From the human T2T-CHM13v2.0 reference genome, Homo sapiens: a stretch of 64,000 bases of DNA. Shown one piece after another: positions 30,484 through 43,497 of the stretch. Position numbers and translations under genes: made by a program. The notes below the pieces were generated by a model. That model searched no databases. It saw only the letters and a program-made list of their open reading frames with translations, and was not told the DNA's origin. Positions within the stretch are counted from its first letter, which is position 1. Each line of letters begins with the position of its first letter. The stretch is from NCBI RefSeq assembly GCF_009914755.1, contig NC_060933.1. One strand, given 5' to 3'.

Positions 30484-30900
30484 TAGTCTGATGGGCTTCC
30501 CTTTGAGAGCAACCCGACCTTTCAGGCACATATACACCATGGAATACTATGCAGCCATAAAAAATGATGAGTTCATGTCCTTTGTAGGGACATGGATGAA
30601 ATTGGAAATCATCATTTTCAGTAAACTATCGCAAGAACAAAAAACCAAACACCGCATATTCTCACTCATAGGTGGGAATTGAACAATGAGATCACATGGA
30701 CACAGGAAGGGGAATATCACACTCTGGGGACTGTTGTGGGGTGGGGGGAGGGGGGAGGGATAGCATCGGGAGATATACCTAATGCTAGATGACGGGTTAG
30801 TGGGTGCAGCGCACCAGCATGGCACATGTATACATATGTAACTAACCTGCACAATGTGCACATGTACCCTAAAACTTAAAGTATGATTAAAAAAAAAAAA
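30484..30900 (+). mobile_element. Young 5'-truncated L1 (L1PA2-like) with a 40-bp inverted ORF1 piece at its 5' end
   Basis: [16 protein letters not shown]...IGGN and a near-consensus 3' UTR without the Ta ACA diagnostic; 14-bp TSD aaagaataaatgtc at 30470-30483 and 30898-30911. Confidence 0.95.
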
Positions 30901-30926
30901 GAATAAATGTCGGGGCTAAAGCCTCA

Positions 30927-31197
30927 TTTTCTTTTCTTTCTTTTTTTTTTTTTGAGACGGAGTCTCTCTCTGTCGCCCAGGCTGGAGTGCAGCGGTGTGA
31001 TCTCGGCTCACTGCAACCTCCGCCTCCTGGGTTCATGCCATTCTCCTGCTTTGGCCTCCTGAGTAGCTGGGACTACAGGCGCCCGCCACCACACCCAGCT
31101 AATTTTTTGTGTTTTTAGTAGAGACAGGGTTTCACCGTGTTAGCCAGGATGGTCTCGATCTTCTGATCTCGTGATCTGCCTGCCTTGGCCTCTCAAA
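30927..31197 (-). mobile_element. AluY-like, lacking about 35 nt of its 5' end
   Basis: Antisense Alu ending at ggcctctcaaaag. Confidence 0.9.
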
Positions 31198-31498
31198 AGA
31201 AGTGCTCTTACAATCTATGTTAATTCATCTTGCTTTATCCCATGTTCAGAACTGAACTTTGAGTTGAGGTATGCCTAAAGCATTCTTTCTGAGCATCAGA
31301 TGACTTGATATGGTTACAGCACAAATTGGCACCAAAGGACACAGCCCAGTAAGTCACAGGCTGTTGCCTTCTAACTCAGTATCATAGTTATGGAGACTTC
31401 TGTTGGGGTTTTAGGGTTAATGGAATGGAACAGATGTAGGAGAGTCTATCACCTTTGATAGTATTGCTGGATGAAAGAATGAGGTTGGAATGCTAGGT

Positions 31499-31977
31499 TG
31501 TGATGGTTAATTTTATGTATCAACTTGGCTGGGCCAACGGATGACCAGATAAACTAGTAGGACATTATTTTTGGGTGCATCTATGAGGGTGTTCCTGGAA
31601 GATATTAACGTTTAGGTAGACTGAGTCAAGATCACCCTCAGCAATACGTGTGGGCACCATCCAATCTGTTGAGATCCTGAAGAGAACAAAAAGATGGAGG
31701 AAGGAAAAATCTGCTCTCTCCCTGAGCTGAGACACCAGCTCCTGCTCTCACCTGCACCTTCTCCTGCCCTCAGACATTGGTGCTACTGGTTCTCCAGCTT
31801 CTGACTCAGATGGAGACTTACATCATTGACTCCCCAGGTTATGAGAGTTTTGAGTCTGGACTACAACCAGACCATCAGTTTTCCTGGGCCTGCAGCTTAC
31901 AGAAAGCAGATGGTGAGACTTCTCAAACTCCATAAGCACGTGAGCCAATTTCTCATAAATATCTTACTATACATCTC
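31499..31977 (+). mobile_element. MLT2-type (ERVL) LTR
   Basis: tgtgatggttaattttatgtatcaacttggctgggcc start; cacgtgagccaatttctcataaat near the end. Confidence 0.87.
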
Positions 31978-32471
31978 TGTTGTCAACCTAAAAAAAGACA
32001 CTAGAGAAAATTTATTTCTATGGTATATTGAGTTTACTCAGGGGTAAGAATCAATTATTATAACTGGAATGCATGGCATGGTAAACCACTAATGTATCTG
32101 TGAGGGAAGGGCAAAGGAAAGCTTTCATTAGCAAAAACAGAGAGTTTTATAGAAGTAGCTTAGAAATAGAATTCATTGGTTCCAGAGAGCTGTTGTCAGT
32201 TCACTGGTGGAGATGTCATTACTGGGCGAGTGTTCTGAGATATCTTATCTGAATTACTGCAGTACTAAAGAATATCTAGTGATAAACCTTGTCAAAACAG
32301 GAGATGCATGAAGGATGCAAAAAGGTTTCTTGTGGGGTTTTTAGAAAGTCCCTGAAAGCAGTTTTTATCTCCCATATGTGAGCATGAGCCATCTCTCCTT
32401 CATACTATCCTGACTTTATTTTATCCAGGTCTGACAAAAGTGATTTTATCCTGGTATCTGAAACTTCTGAC
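31978..32471 (-). mobile_element. ERV1-class LTR (MER67-like)
   Basis: Antisense motifs ttcttgtggggtttttagaaagtcc and gtctgacaaaagtgattttatcctggtatctg; family name recalled, not searched. Confidence 0.6.
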
Positions 32472-33469
32472 TAAAACATAAGACAAATACTTCTTTCTAC
32501 TTATTCGGCACGTCCTAGTTTTGGGATAGTTGGTCCGAGAAACAGCCTTGGTTTACAGAACAGACCCTTTGAAGGCAGCCAGCTTTGAGAGAGGATGCTG
32601 CCTTGCTTGCTGGCTAACAGGGAGGGTGACTAAACATGTATGAGGTGTTTCATTCATAAATCCTTAACTGCACTGAGTCAAGGTATGTCAACAGATGGAT
32701 GCCAGATCCTTGTTACTGATTAATCAGAGAATTCACTCCTATTGGAGGGAAAGGGATGGCCAGTATTACACTAGGGAAGCGTCCACATGGAAAACAGGAG
32801 GACAGGGAAAGAAAGTTTGCTCTAACATCTTCTGAGTCCTTCAAAGTGCTTTTCATCTGTGATTTTTGTTTACTCCTCTTACTAAGAAGAGTAAATATTT
32901 AACGTGAGCAGGAAGTCTGAGACCCAGGGCTTTAGTGTCACATACAGTATAGGGCTCAATAGATCCATATATAAGAACAACAATGATCTCTCATGGGGAA
33001 CCAATGGAAAAGTTAAAGTAACTTGCACCTATTTATGGAAAGCTCACATTAACACTCAAATGCTAATTAGAGAAAAATGTGACCAAAATGTTAACCCGAA
33101 TCTATTGAAATGAAAAATAATATGTGTTACTTTCATTCCAGATTACTTAGTACATCCATGTGATTTATTTTTGGTAGGAAAGTCTTTTAAATGTCATTAT
33201 ATATAAGATCATTTTCAAACCCCAAATACTTACTAAATTCCATGCTCATTAATACATTTTCTAATAAGCATTCTTAACTCATTAGGATGGAATAACTGTT
33301 TTTTCTTAGATTTCAACTGGCATAGAGGACAGAAACCACTGGAACAAAACTAATGGAATTTTTTCTCCAGATCCAGGTTACCACATCTGTACCTCTGTCT
33401 TGGAGTTTGAGAAATAATCAGAACATGCTGTTTTCCTATCTCATGGAAACTCCTTTAAGCTGCAGGCTT

Positions 33470-33698
33470 GGCTATGGGTAGACAAAGGCATAAAGTGTTA
33501 TGATGGACATTGGAGACTCAGAAGCAGGAAGGGTGGGAGAGGGATGTGGGATTTTAAAAACTACATATTGGGTACAATTAACACTACTCAGGTGACCAGG
33601 GCACTAAAATCTCAGACTTCACCCACTATACCATTCATCCATGCAGCCAAAACCCATTTGTACCCCTAAAGCTATTGAAATAATAATAATTTTAAAAA
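33470..33698 (+). mobile_element. L1PB 3' UTR fragment
   Basis: ggacattggagactcagaag...aaaactacatattgggtaca...gtacccctaaagctattgaaat. Confidence 0.85.
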
Positions 33699-34102
33699 GA
33701 CACAAGCTTGGGAACAGCATAATGATGGCGTTCCCCCGACCGCCTATAACACCACGACATACATTTTGATCACTTTTTTAAAAAGCATTTTAAACAATGA
33801 TTAAGTCCTGCTGGGTCAATCTACTAAATAAGGCATCAGTAACAAAAAAATTCACATATAGCTGGAAAGTTTGCTGTGAACCCAATCACTCCAAATTCAC
33901 AAAATGTTGAGTTTTTGTGGTAAAGCATTGGAGAAGTGTGAAGGCATTTATTTAGACAATAATTTTGTGGATCTTTATCAGGCAATTAGCCTGTATGGGC
34001 CTAATTGGGTTCTTAATGGGTTCTTATTTCCAAAGAAAAGTTTAACTTCCAGGTGCATTTCTTGACCTATAACTACCTTTTTACAAATAAAATTATCTCA
34101 CT

Positions 34103-34487
34103 ATTATGGGATGAGTTTTTTCCTACCCCAAAATTCATTTGTTGAAACCCTTACCTGCAGTACCCTAGACTATGACTGTATTTGGTGATAAGGTCTTTGA
34201 AGTGGTAATTAAGTTAAAATGAGGTCATCTGGTGAGCCTTAATCCAACTGGACTGGTGTCCTACTAAGAAAAGATTAGGATACAGACATGCTGAGAGGGA
34301 AGCCCGTGTGAAGACACAGGGAGAAGACGGCACCTGCCAGCCAAGGAGAGAGGCCTCAGGAGAAACCATCCTTGCTGAAATCATGGTCTCAGACTTCTGG
34401 CCTCCAGAATCATGTGAGAATAAATTCCTGATGTTTAAGTCACTCAGTCTCTGGTAGTTTGTTAAGGCGGCCCAACAGACTAACACA
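34103..34487 (+). mobile_element. MLT1A/B-like solo LTR
   Basis: gactgtatttggtgataaggtctttgaagtggtaattaagttaaaatgaggtc; terminal cagactaacaca. Confidence 0.87.
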
Positions 34488-34511
34488 GCTACTTTAATAA
34501 AGAAGATTTTC

Positions 34512-35005
<494 letters not shown>

Positions 35006-35275
35006 GTGTTTCTCCTTGAGGCGTATCACACATGGATTCAGTTCCCCAACTCTTGTTAAGCTGCCACAGGGCTTTGCCTGGGCATGTCCCTGCCTGTTCC
35101 TGTCTTCTGCCCTTCTGGGCCCTCCTGCTCTACTTTGGTTATGCAGCTATGAAATTACTCCAAACATTTACATAGTTTGCTACCTGAATGATACATGTGT
35201 GAAGGTTGATTGTACAAATTGGGTTATTCTTTTTTTGTCTGTTTGTTTCTAGATGCCCTGAGATCAGTTTCTAGC

Positions 35276-35746
35276 TTTTTCTTTTTTAAATTTTACTTTA
35301 ACTTCTGGTATACATGTGCAGAATGTGCAGGTTTCTTATATGTCCCATGGTGGTTTGCTGCGCCTACCAACACATCATCTAGGTTTTAAGCCCTGCATGC
35401 ATTAGATATTTGTCCTAATGCTCTCCCTCCCTTTTTCCCTTACCCCCGGACAGGCCCTGGTGTGTGATGTTCCCCTCCCTGTGTCCATGTGTTCTCATTG
35501 TTCAACTCCCACTTATGAGTGAGAGCATGGTTTTCTGTTCCTCTGTTAGTTTGCTGAGAATGATGGCTTCCAGCTTCATCCATGTCCCTGCAAAGCACAT
35601 GAACCCATTTTTTTATGGCTGCATAGTATTCCATGGTGTATTTGTGCCACATTTTCTTTATCCAGTCTATCATTGATGGGCATTTGGGTTGGTTCCAAGT
35701 CTTTGCTATTGTAAATAGTGCTGCAATAAATATACATGTGCATGTG
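35276..35746 (-). mobile_element. L1 3' fragment (L1PA7/8-like)
   Basis: FIAALFTIAKTWNQPKCPSMIDWIKKMWH on the minus strand; 3' UTR ggttttaagccctgcatgcattag. Confidence 0.92.
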
Positions 35747-35749
35747 ATT

Positions 35750-36060
35750 CTTATCACATCCAACTAAAACAGAGTTGAGAAGCCAGGAGATAAAGCACTC
35801 ATGTTACAAAATGTTGCTCCAAGAATGTAATCTCTGCAAGCCTGACTACTGGAACTGCTTTTGAGACCAGTTTTATCCATAGCTTCTGAGATAACTTGCT
35901 ACAATTCTGTGACTACTTTTTCGCACCACCTTTGCTCATTATTCAGAGCTTGCCAGCTCCCCAAACCCTTCCTAGTGCCAATGAACTTACTCAAAGAGGA
36001 ATACATAACATTTCTCCTTTTTATAAAACCTCTAACCTTCTCTTCGTTCTTCAGAGAGAG
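35750..36060 (+). mobile_element. ERV1 LTR (MER34/MER39-like) 5' part; resumes at about 38097-38203 after the HERV9 insertion
   Basis: cagagcttgccagctccccaaacccttcctagtgccaatgaact...ttataaaacctctaaccttctc motif. Confidence 0.6.
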
Positions 36061-37344
36061 TGTGTTCAGGGTTGGTTCCTTCCAGTGGGTTTGTGGTCTC
36101 GCTGACTTCAAGAATGAAGCCATGGACCTTCACGGTGAGTTTTACAGCTATTAAAGGTGGCATGGACCCAAAGAGTGAGCAGCTGCAAGATTTATTGTGA
36201 AGAGCGAAAGCCCTGCCCCGTAACCCGAAACGGTCCCTGGACCCTGCTGACCAGAATAGTTGCGCTCACCGAAGCAGCAGCAGAAACACTAGTTTTCCTC
36301 CTATACCACAAAGAGGACCGAGAAATGTCAGATTTAGTGGCCCTTACCGATGCATTCTCGAAAACCTGTTAGAATCCTAAGAGTTTTCTCCTGTTAGTAT
36401 TGGGACTTTACCCCTGTCCTATAAAGATGATATGCCCCCAAAACAGAGTGGAGGGCTATACCCTGAAGGAGGGAAGGAATCTCCCAGGTTGGAAGAGTAA
36501 CACATTTTGTCCTCACTTATCATATGAATAGGAAGGATATAATTTCTGAGGCTCCCCATATCCTAGCTTCGGGAATCACCTTTGTTAGGCCTGCTAGTCT
36601 GAGGAGGGATCCTAAAATCCCAGATAGTCCCCCACCCCACAACAAGACTTTGGGCAAAGATTATATCTTTCTGATTGGTGAGCCTGGGTGCCTAAAGAAA
36701 GGAACAGAGTCCCAAAATTTATACTAGAAATCATTCTTATAGGAGAATCTAGAAAAGCACCAGAGACAGGGAGTGGTTTTTAGAAGCAGGACTAGCCTCG
36801 GAGAAGAGAGACAGGAGGAAGTTTGTCTGACAGGCGTTAGGACCCAGGAGACAAGGGTCAGGATAGATAGGGTAGATGGGTGAGTCTTGCTTGGGCGACA
36901 TGCCTTTGAGAGTTCCGCTCATGGCTGCAGGGTCAGCCAACTTTTTGTTGGGACCCCGGAGCTGAATGGCTTTCCTCTCTATCGACCCTCAGCTCAGCCC
37001 AGAAGTACAGGGAAAGCGGAAGCTGGTTCCAGGCAAACCAATGCTCCCAGCTCTGAAGAGTCAGAGATTGTTAGAGAGCCCTTTCCCAGAAAGCCTGACA
37101 CCTGTGTCTTTAGTCTGGTGGCTGTGCTAGTCGCTTTTAACTGGCCAACAGGTGCCTGGTGTTTAGCCCCCAAATTGTAAGGAAACATAGGACAGAATAG
37201 CAAGCAAAAGGGTTCCAGTGGTACTCACCACTTGGCGATAGTCCCTTCGTGGTCTCCAAGATGTGTCCGGAGTTGGTTCCTTCTGGTGGGTTCGTCATTT
37301 CGCTGACTTCAAGAATGAAGGTGCGGACCTTCCTGGTGAGTGTT

Positions 37345-37346
<2 letters not shown>

Positions 37347-37399
<53 letters not shown>

Positions 37400-37678
37400 A
37401 GATGGAGTCTTGCTCTGTTGCCCAAGCTGGAGTGCAGTGGCGTGATCTCGGCTCACTGCAAGCTCTACCTCCCAGGTTCACACCATTCTCCTGCTCAGCC
37501 TCCCAAGTAGCTGGGACTACAGGTGCCCACCACCACATCTGGCTAATTTTTTGTATTTTTGGTAGAGATGGGGTTTCACAGTGTTAGCCAGGATGGTCTC
37601 AATCTCCTGACGTCGTGATCCGCCTGCCTCAGCCTCCCAAAGTGGTGGGATTACAGGCATGAGCCACTGTGCCCAGCC
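37347..37678 (-). mobile_element. AluY-like inserted into LTR12, with a 52-nt pure T tract
   Basis: Antisense Alu; agtgtta occurs on both flanks. Confidence 0.93.
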
Positions 37679-37814
37679 TAGTGTTACAGCTCTTAAAGAT
37701 GGCACGGACCCAAAGAATGAGCAGCAGCAAGATTTACTGTGAAAAGCGAAAGACCAAAGCTTCCACAGTGTGGATGGGGACCTAATCAGGTTGCCACTGC
37801 TGGCTAGGGTGACC

Positions 37815-38012
37815 AGCTTTTATTCTCTTATTTGTCCCTGCCCATGTCCTGTTGATTGGCCCATTTTACAGAGCACTGATTGGTCCATTTTACAGAGCAC
37901 AGATTGGTCCATTTTATAGTGTGCTGATTGGTCCATTTTAGACACCTCTAGCTAGCCACAGAGCGCTGATTGGTGCGTTTTACAATCCTAGCTACAGAGC
38001 ACTGATTGGTGC
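37815..38012 (-). promoter_or_regulatory. LTR12 U3 promoter: six CCAAT boxes and an AATAAAA TATA-like element
   Basis: Six GATTGG motifs in 23-40 bp repeats; agcttttattctc at about 37815-37827; activity is not shown by sequence. Confidence 0.6.
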
Positions 38013-39844
38013 GTTTTACAATCCTCTTGTAAGACAGAAAAGTTCTCCAAGTCCCCACGCAACCCAGGAAGTCCAGCTGGCTTCACCTCTCAAGAGCTCT
38101 GTTGGTTCTCACCAGAGATGATCTCTCCCTGGTTTGCAAACTGATATTGCTGATAAAACTCTTTTTTCTACTCTCAAGCCATTCTGGTGGTCCTTTGGAC
38201 AACATATGCCTTGCTTTAGTAAGGACTGGGAGTGTATTTTCCCCTCCCTTGGAGAACAAGGTGTCTTATCAGACCCCATACATGAGAACTTGGAGCTACT
38301 TCTCCTCCCCTCGGGAATGTGACATCACAGCTTATCAGACCCGGTATGAGTTACTGAGCTTGACTACTGGACTTCAAGTCTAATAAACCTAAGAGTTTGA
38401 CAGACACTTTAAGAGCTTAGGTCATGGCAGGGTTTCCTCTGTCAGCCATTCTCCAATGACCAGGAGCTTGTGCTGTGACAGGGCTGCACTGTCCACCACT
38501 TCTCCCCAACTTCCCTCTAGTATCCAGGGACCACCCCAGCCTTCTCTAGTCTCCACTGTGATGGCCAACCCAGTTTCCCTCAAGAACTGCTAGTATAAAG
38601 GAACACCTCCAGCTTTAATTAGAAGTTACTTCCCACAGAGACTTTCATCCTAATGGAGCAACTAGACTTTAATAATTGAGGACCTCACTCATCTGTGGTC
38701 AGTGTGCCTCATCTCTCGAGTGGATTCCCTGGGAGATTTGTTCACACTGTTATCTTCTTTTAGTGTTCTGAACCTAAGAAAAAAATTCTCTTTGCATGTG
38801 GATAAACCACAGATCCATGAAATCATACTTCGACCATCTCCTTGTTTTAACCATGCAAAAACACCTTTGTGGTTCCTTCCTCTACTGGCTTAACCTTTGG
38901 CTTTCTTCTGTTTTTCAACAAGTGGAGGCTCAGAAGCCCCCAAGCAGGTTTACCAAGGTGCCCATGGGCCACCACATGCCCAGCCTCACTGTGCCCTGCC
39001 CCACGGCTGCGCCTCCTCTGCTTCGCCCAGCACCTGGAACATCCCTCCTTCTGAACAGCACCAAGTATGCGTCTGTGCTGCTGCCCTGCCCGCTGCCCCT
39101 AAGGGCTCCTATAAGGCACGTGCATCCCTCTGCCCTGGCGCTAGGCACTGCCTTGCATCAAACCCCATATTGTTTTCTCTCCCTCTAGAGAGTTAGCTTT
39201 CAGGGAGGACAGAAGGATGCAAAGGTAAAAATATTGTTGTTTGCTGTGAAGTTTACAAAAAACACAATTGTACCAAAACAGAGACAAAAAGGTGGGCTGG
39301 ATTGTTTTCCAAGGATGCTTTCATTTTTAACGCCAGTGTTTCACTCTTAAATGCACTGCTAGTTTATCACAGTTCAACATACACTTTATAAAACTGGTTT
39401 TTTGTCATTGAACTTTTTTTGAAAAATGTATGATGACCACAGATGTCCTTTTGCTGGAGGCTCTCTCTAGGGTCTTACTTCATGTTTCTTTGTAGATAAT
39501 GATAGTACAGTATGGTTATTTCTCATGGGTTGTGAGGAGACTAAATGATTAAATATATGTAAAGTGCCTGGGACAAAATTTGACACCTTCGTGCCCTAAA
39601 TAAAAGCTTATTAAATAAATACATAGATTTGGAATTATTGGCTGGATTATATGTAATTATTCCTGACCCAGAATGTCTTAAGAAATATAGTCTCTGGACC
39701 TGTCTTTAGCAATCACTGCCACTCACCACTCATCCCCTTTGCCCGCCTCATTTTAGTTACTAATGGGTGCAGCTGGGTTTGGGGATCAGGGAAGACAGTT
39801 GACATGGACTCGTACCAATACCTGGACTCTTTACACACCAAATC

Positions 39845-40055
39845 CTGGGGGCCAGGCACTGTTCTAGGTGCCAGACATTTAATTCACATCACAGACGTGC
39901 CATGTAAATACAACTATTTTCCCTACTTTGCGACAAGGAAATTTAGACCCAGGCAGGTTAAATAACTTTCCCAAGTTATTCCCCTACCACCGCCCACCCC
40001 TAACCAACCCCAGCTCAAACCTAGGCTGTCAGGGTTTGTGTTATTAACTATGTGC
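39845..40055 (-). mobile_element. MIR relic
   Basis: gccaggcactgttctaggtgc...aaggaaatttagacccaggcaggttaaataactttcccaag. Confidence 0.65.
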
Positions 40056-43000
40056 TAGAATCCAAGAAACCCAGGGCTCCTGCTTGTGTCAACAGCCTGG
40101 GAGCACAGTGACATGAGCTCGGAACCAGGAATCATCATCAAGTCTGTGTTCCCTTTTCCCAGGCATCCGACACATGGTCAGTTGGGCCAGAGATGGGAGA
40201 GGAACTTCTAGAGTCACTTAGCAGAACGGAGGCTGGAGACAGGTTGGCCCTGACATCACAGGGGCTGTTCTCTCCTACTCGTGCCTCCCTCCTGGGAAAA
40301 TTGTGGGGGACAGTCATGGTGACAGTACCTGGGACCTGAGTCAAGCATCCTATGTGGAGGTCTGAGTTTCCTTTGACAGAGTGTCCTGGCATCCTTCGTC
40401 TGTGATCACTGGGACACAGTCCCACTATTTTTTCCCATGGATACTGCTGCTGTGCAAACTCCATGTATAGGGTGTCACAAAGCTTACTCTGTTGTAAATA
40501 CAGCTGGGTGATAGAGAATTTCATTAGTTTGTTTCTAAAGAAATACTAGAAAACAGATTGAATTAGAAAAAATTGGAAGTGGAAAGAGGATTTTTCTAGA
40601 GTTGACATTTTTACAGGAATCTAAGCATTGGTATCTAGGGGGGAGAAAGCCCAGAGTAATAATTTATTTAACTGTTGCAAATTGGAATGATGCTAATTAG
40701 ATTTCATGTGTTGCTCATGATGTTTATTGCTGAAACATCCATTACCCTGCTGATTCTGGCAGTGAAATAAACATTAGAATTTTTCAACAGCTGTAGTGTA
40801 AAATTTTAGAAATTGGACTATGAGTAGCACAATTGGGGTTTACTGTTTTGGATTACCAAAGTGTTTAGCCTTTGCCGTTCAGGGTGATTGTGTGGAAGCG
40901 GACACTGCGTGGGTGGAAGTCAAGGCAGACGCTTCCCTGTGGCGCTGGAACAAGGCGGCTGCTCTGCAGGGGGCTGTGAGCATCCCTCCTCGTGAAGCCA
41001 TGGGTGGCTATTAGGTAATGCAGCAGCTGTTGCAAATAAGAGCCAGGGTGTCCTGGTGACTGCCGCACCTTGCCCCTTGTAGGAAATGCTGCTGCCTCTG
41101 AGCAGGGCTCAGGGGCTGTGAGCAGTGATCGGCAGCAGCGGGGCTGTGCGGCCTGAGCTCCTGATTCCTCGGACCCACGTGCACACCTGGAGAACGGCGC
41201 ACGCTTCACCTCCTGAGCACCAAGGCCCCTCCTTCGTGAGACTTACCCCATTCGTGTGAGCCCCGGGAAGAAGGAGGCATTTTCAGATGTTTTTAGAGAG
41301 AGGGCTCCTGGAGCGCTAATCAGAGCCGTCTATGTTTGAGGATGTTGTTACGGATGCACTCATTTTTCAGGATGAAAGTCCACGCTTTGCTCACACAGCA
41401 GTCCCTGATGGTTCTCCCTCTGTTCAGGGCCTTCATTACCATGTCTGGCACGACCTTGATGCAAATGAAACATTTCCAAGAACAAGGAGCTATAACAGAA
41501 ACTCAGATGTTGCATTTATAATGATTCCCACTTCGGCTTTTTGACTTTAGAGTGCAAGGAAAAATGTGCAATTTCTTACTTGGGCAAAAACAAAACAAAA
41601 TAAACAACTAATGCAAATCCATACCAGAGTCTGTTACTGTGAGGTAGAGGGCTCTTAAAGGAAACAATCTAACTCTAAAACTGGAACAAACCAGAGCAGC
41701 TGCCCTGAAGAATCAAGGTGGTTTCCACCCAAGCTCCACCTGACGCTTGTGAATGGAGAAGCCAACACCCCTGAGCACAGACCTGCTCTCAGGGAGGGAT
41801 TTTACCTTCATCTGCACAAAGCACCCTGCCCCTGCATAGATCCATGGGGGCTCATTGGCACTAAATAGAAAAATAGATCCCTTCTGCCTCGTTCTGGTTC
41901 ACACCCATGTAGCCACAGAGCTGGCAAGAAGAATAAAATAAAGTTTTAATCTATTCCATTCTCAATCTTACTGCATTTACATTTATTAATCAACTCCATT
42001 ACTAAGTATACACTCCAACGTTTGCAAAATTCTGACTACATTATCTACTCTACAATGTCCAGAAGTTAGTTCATTAAAATCTGAATTTAAATTCTATGTC
42101 CATTTAGAAACTATTTGTATTGTATTCTTCTGTAATTGGTTAAGCTTCATGAGTATAAACGCAGGAATATGGATTTTTCAATGAACGTTAAATAATCTTG
42201 TTGATTAAATTAAAGTCAAAGTAATGTTTGCTTAGAAATTAAAGGATTATATTTCATTAGTATTTAATTTACTTAGTTTTAATTCCTGGCTTGTCATGAA
42301 GATGGCAAAAGCTGATGTGTTCCCTTGTTTCCTATACTATACTATGGAACATGGAATATGTGTGTGTGGGGGGGCGTTTGTGTGTGTGTGCACACAAACA
42401 CAAGATACGTATACACATTTAAGTTTAAAAACAATTCCCTTGGATAAATACTAGGTACTCAAAGAAAACTCATTTAAAGTTTAGGCAAATCTAAGTGTAC
42501 TGGATTTTTATTGCGCTTTGCTGAGTATAGTCTAGCTGTTGACTGTATACTGTTTTGTTGTGTCTGCAACAGTTTCATTTGCATGCACTTCAGTAGTTAG
42601 TTTCCTAGACAAGTAATCTCCAGATAAGTGCATCACGACCCCTCTCTCCAAAAACATCTGAAAATGCCTCATTCTTCACAGAGCCTACTAATTGTCACTT
42701 TAAATTGGAGAAGGGGGCTGAACATTGATTACACTATGGTGAGAAGGGTCAGGTCCGCCAAATGTGGGTCTCAAGGAAGTAACCTGCACATTTTCAAAAA
42801 CAGCCTTCAGGAATGGCAGGCTTTGCGTGCTGGTGCACTGAATACATGGCTGGGTCCCTAAGCTGAAAGTGCCGAGGCTGCCTGGGTGGAACGCTCAGCT
42901 CTGCCACTTCTGAGTTCAGAAAATTAGGCAAATTATTTCATCTCACTTGGCTTCAGTTTTGTCATTTTAAAATTCTGAATAATGACAGCAGAACCCAATT

Positions 43001-43497
43001 TCTAGATTTAAAAGGCATAATTTATATAAGGTGCTATGAAATGAGTCAGCCCATAATCAGAGTTGGCTAGTTCTAACACTTACTACAATTATTACATCAA
43101 CTCTCTTTCTGTGTGGTCCTGAGAGGTCACTAGTCCTGGGAGTGTGAGTTTCTTCATCTGTAGAACAGGGAGGTTGATTAGCCAATCTTAGGATTTTATG
43201 ATCCTCTTCCTGTTAGACAATTGTCTGGAAATAGGGTCCTGTCCCTCCTCCTCCACACTCTCCCATGCTGTGTGCAGGCAGATGTGACCCCTAGCTGCAT
43301 GAGGGCAGGCCTGGCCCCATGGCAGCATTATCCGCTTTGCCGGGGAAAGGAGGACATCACAGATGATCCCAAGCTGTGTCCTGAAGAAACACAAAACTAA
43401 AGATTTTGCATGTGCATCTAGGAGGAAGTTTCACACTGGAATCAATTCCTTGTTCCTGAGATTCCCTTCCTCATGCATCTTTTTCTGTGGGGGTAGA

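Larger units (their letters stand above)
36061..38092 (-). mobile_element. Internally deleted HERV9 provirus: 5' LTR12 (37262-38092), PBS, leader/gag start (about 36210-37260), terminal 150 bp of the 3' LTR (36061-36210)
   Basis: Two copies of the LTR12 end (tgtgt.c.g.gttggttccttc...gctgacttcaagaatgaag); Arg-type PBS tggagaccacgaagggac on the minus strand; CCAAT repeats; 4-bp TSD agag at 36057-36060 and 38093-38096. Confidence 0.9.

Noticed and set aside
29805-31977. Two MLT2 LTRs as the ends of one provirus
   Set aside because: They are in opposite orientation with no internal ERVL sequence between them.
37845-38025. Spaced 23-40 bp repeats resembling a CRISPR array (likewise 55074-55168)
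   Set aside because: They are LTR12 CCAAT repeats and a plain tandem repeat, with no unique spacers or cas genes, in eukaryotic DNA.
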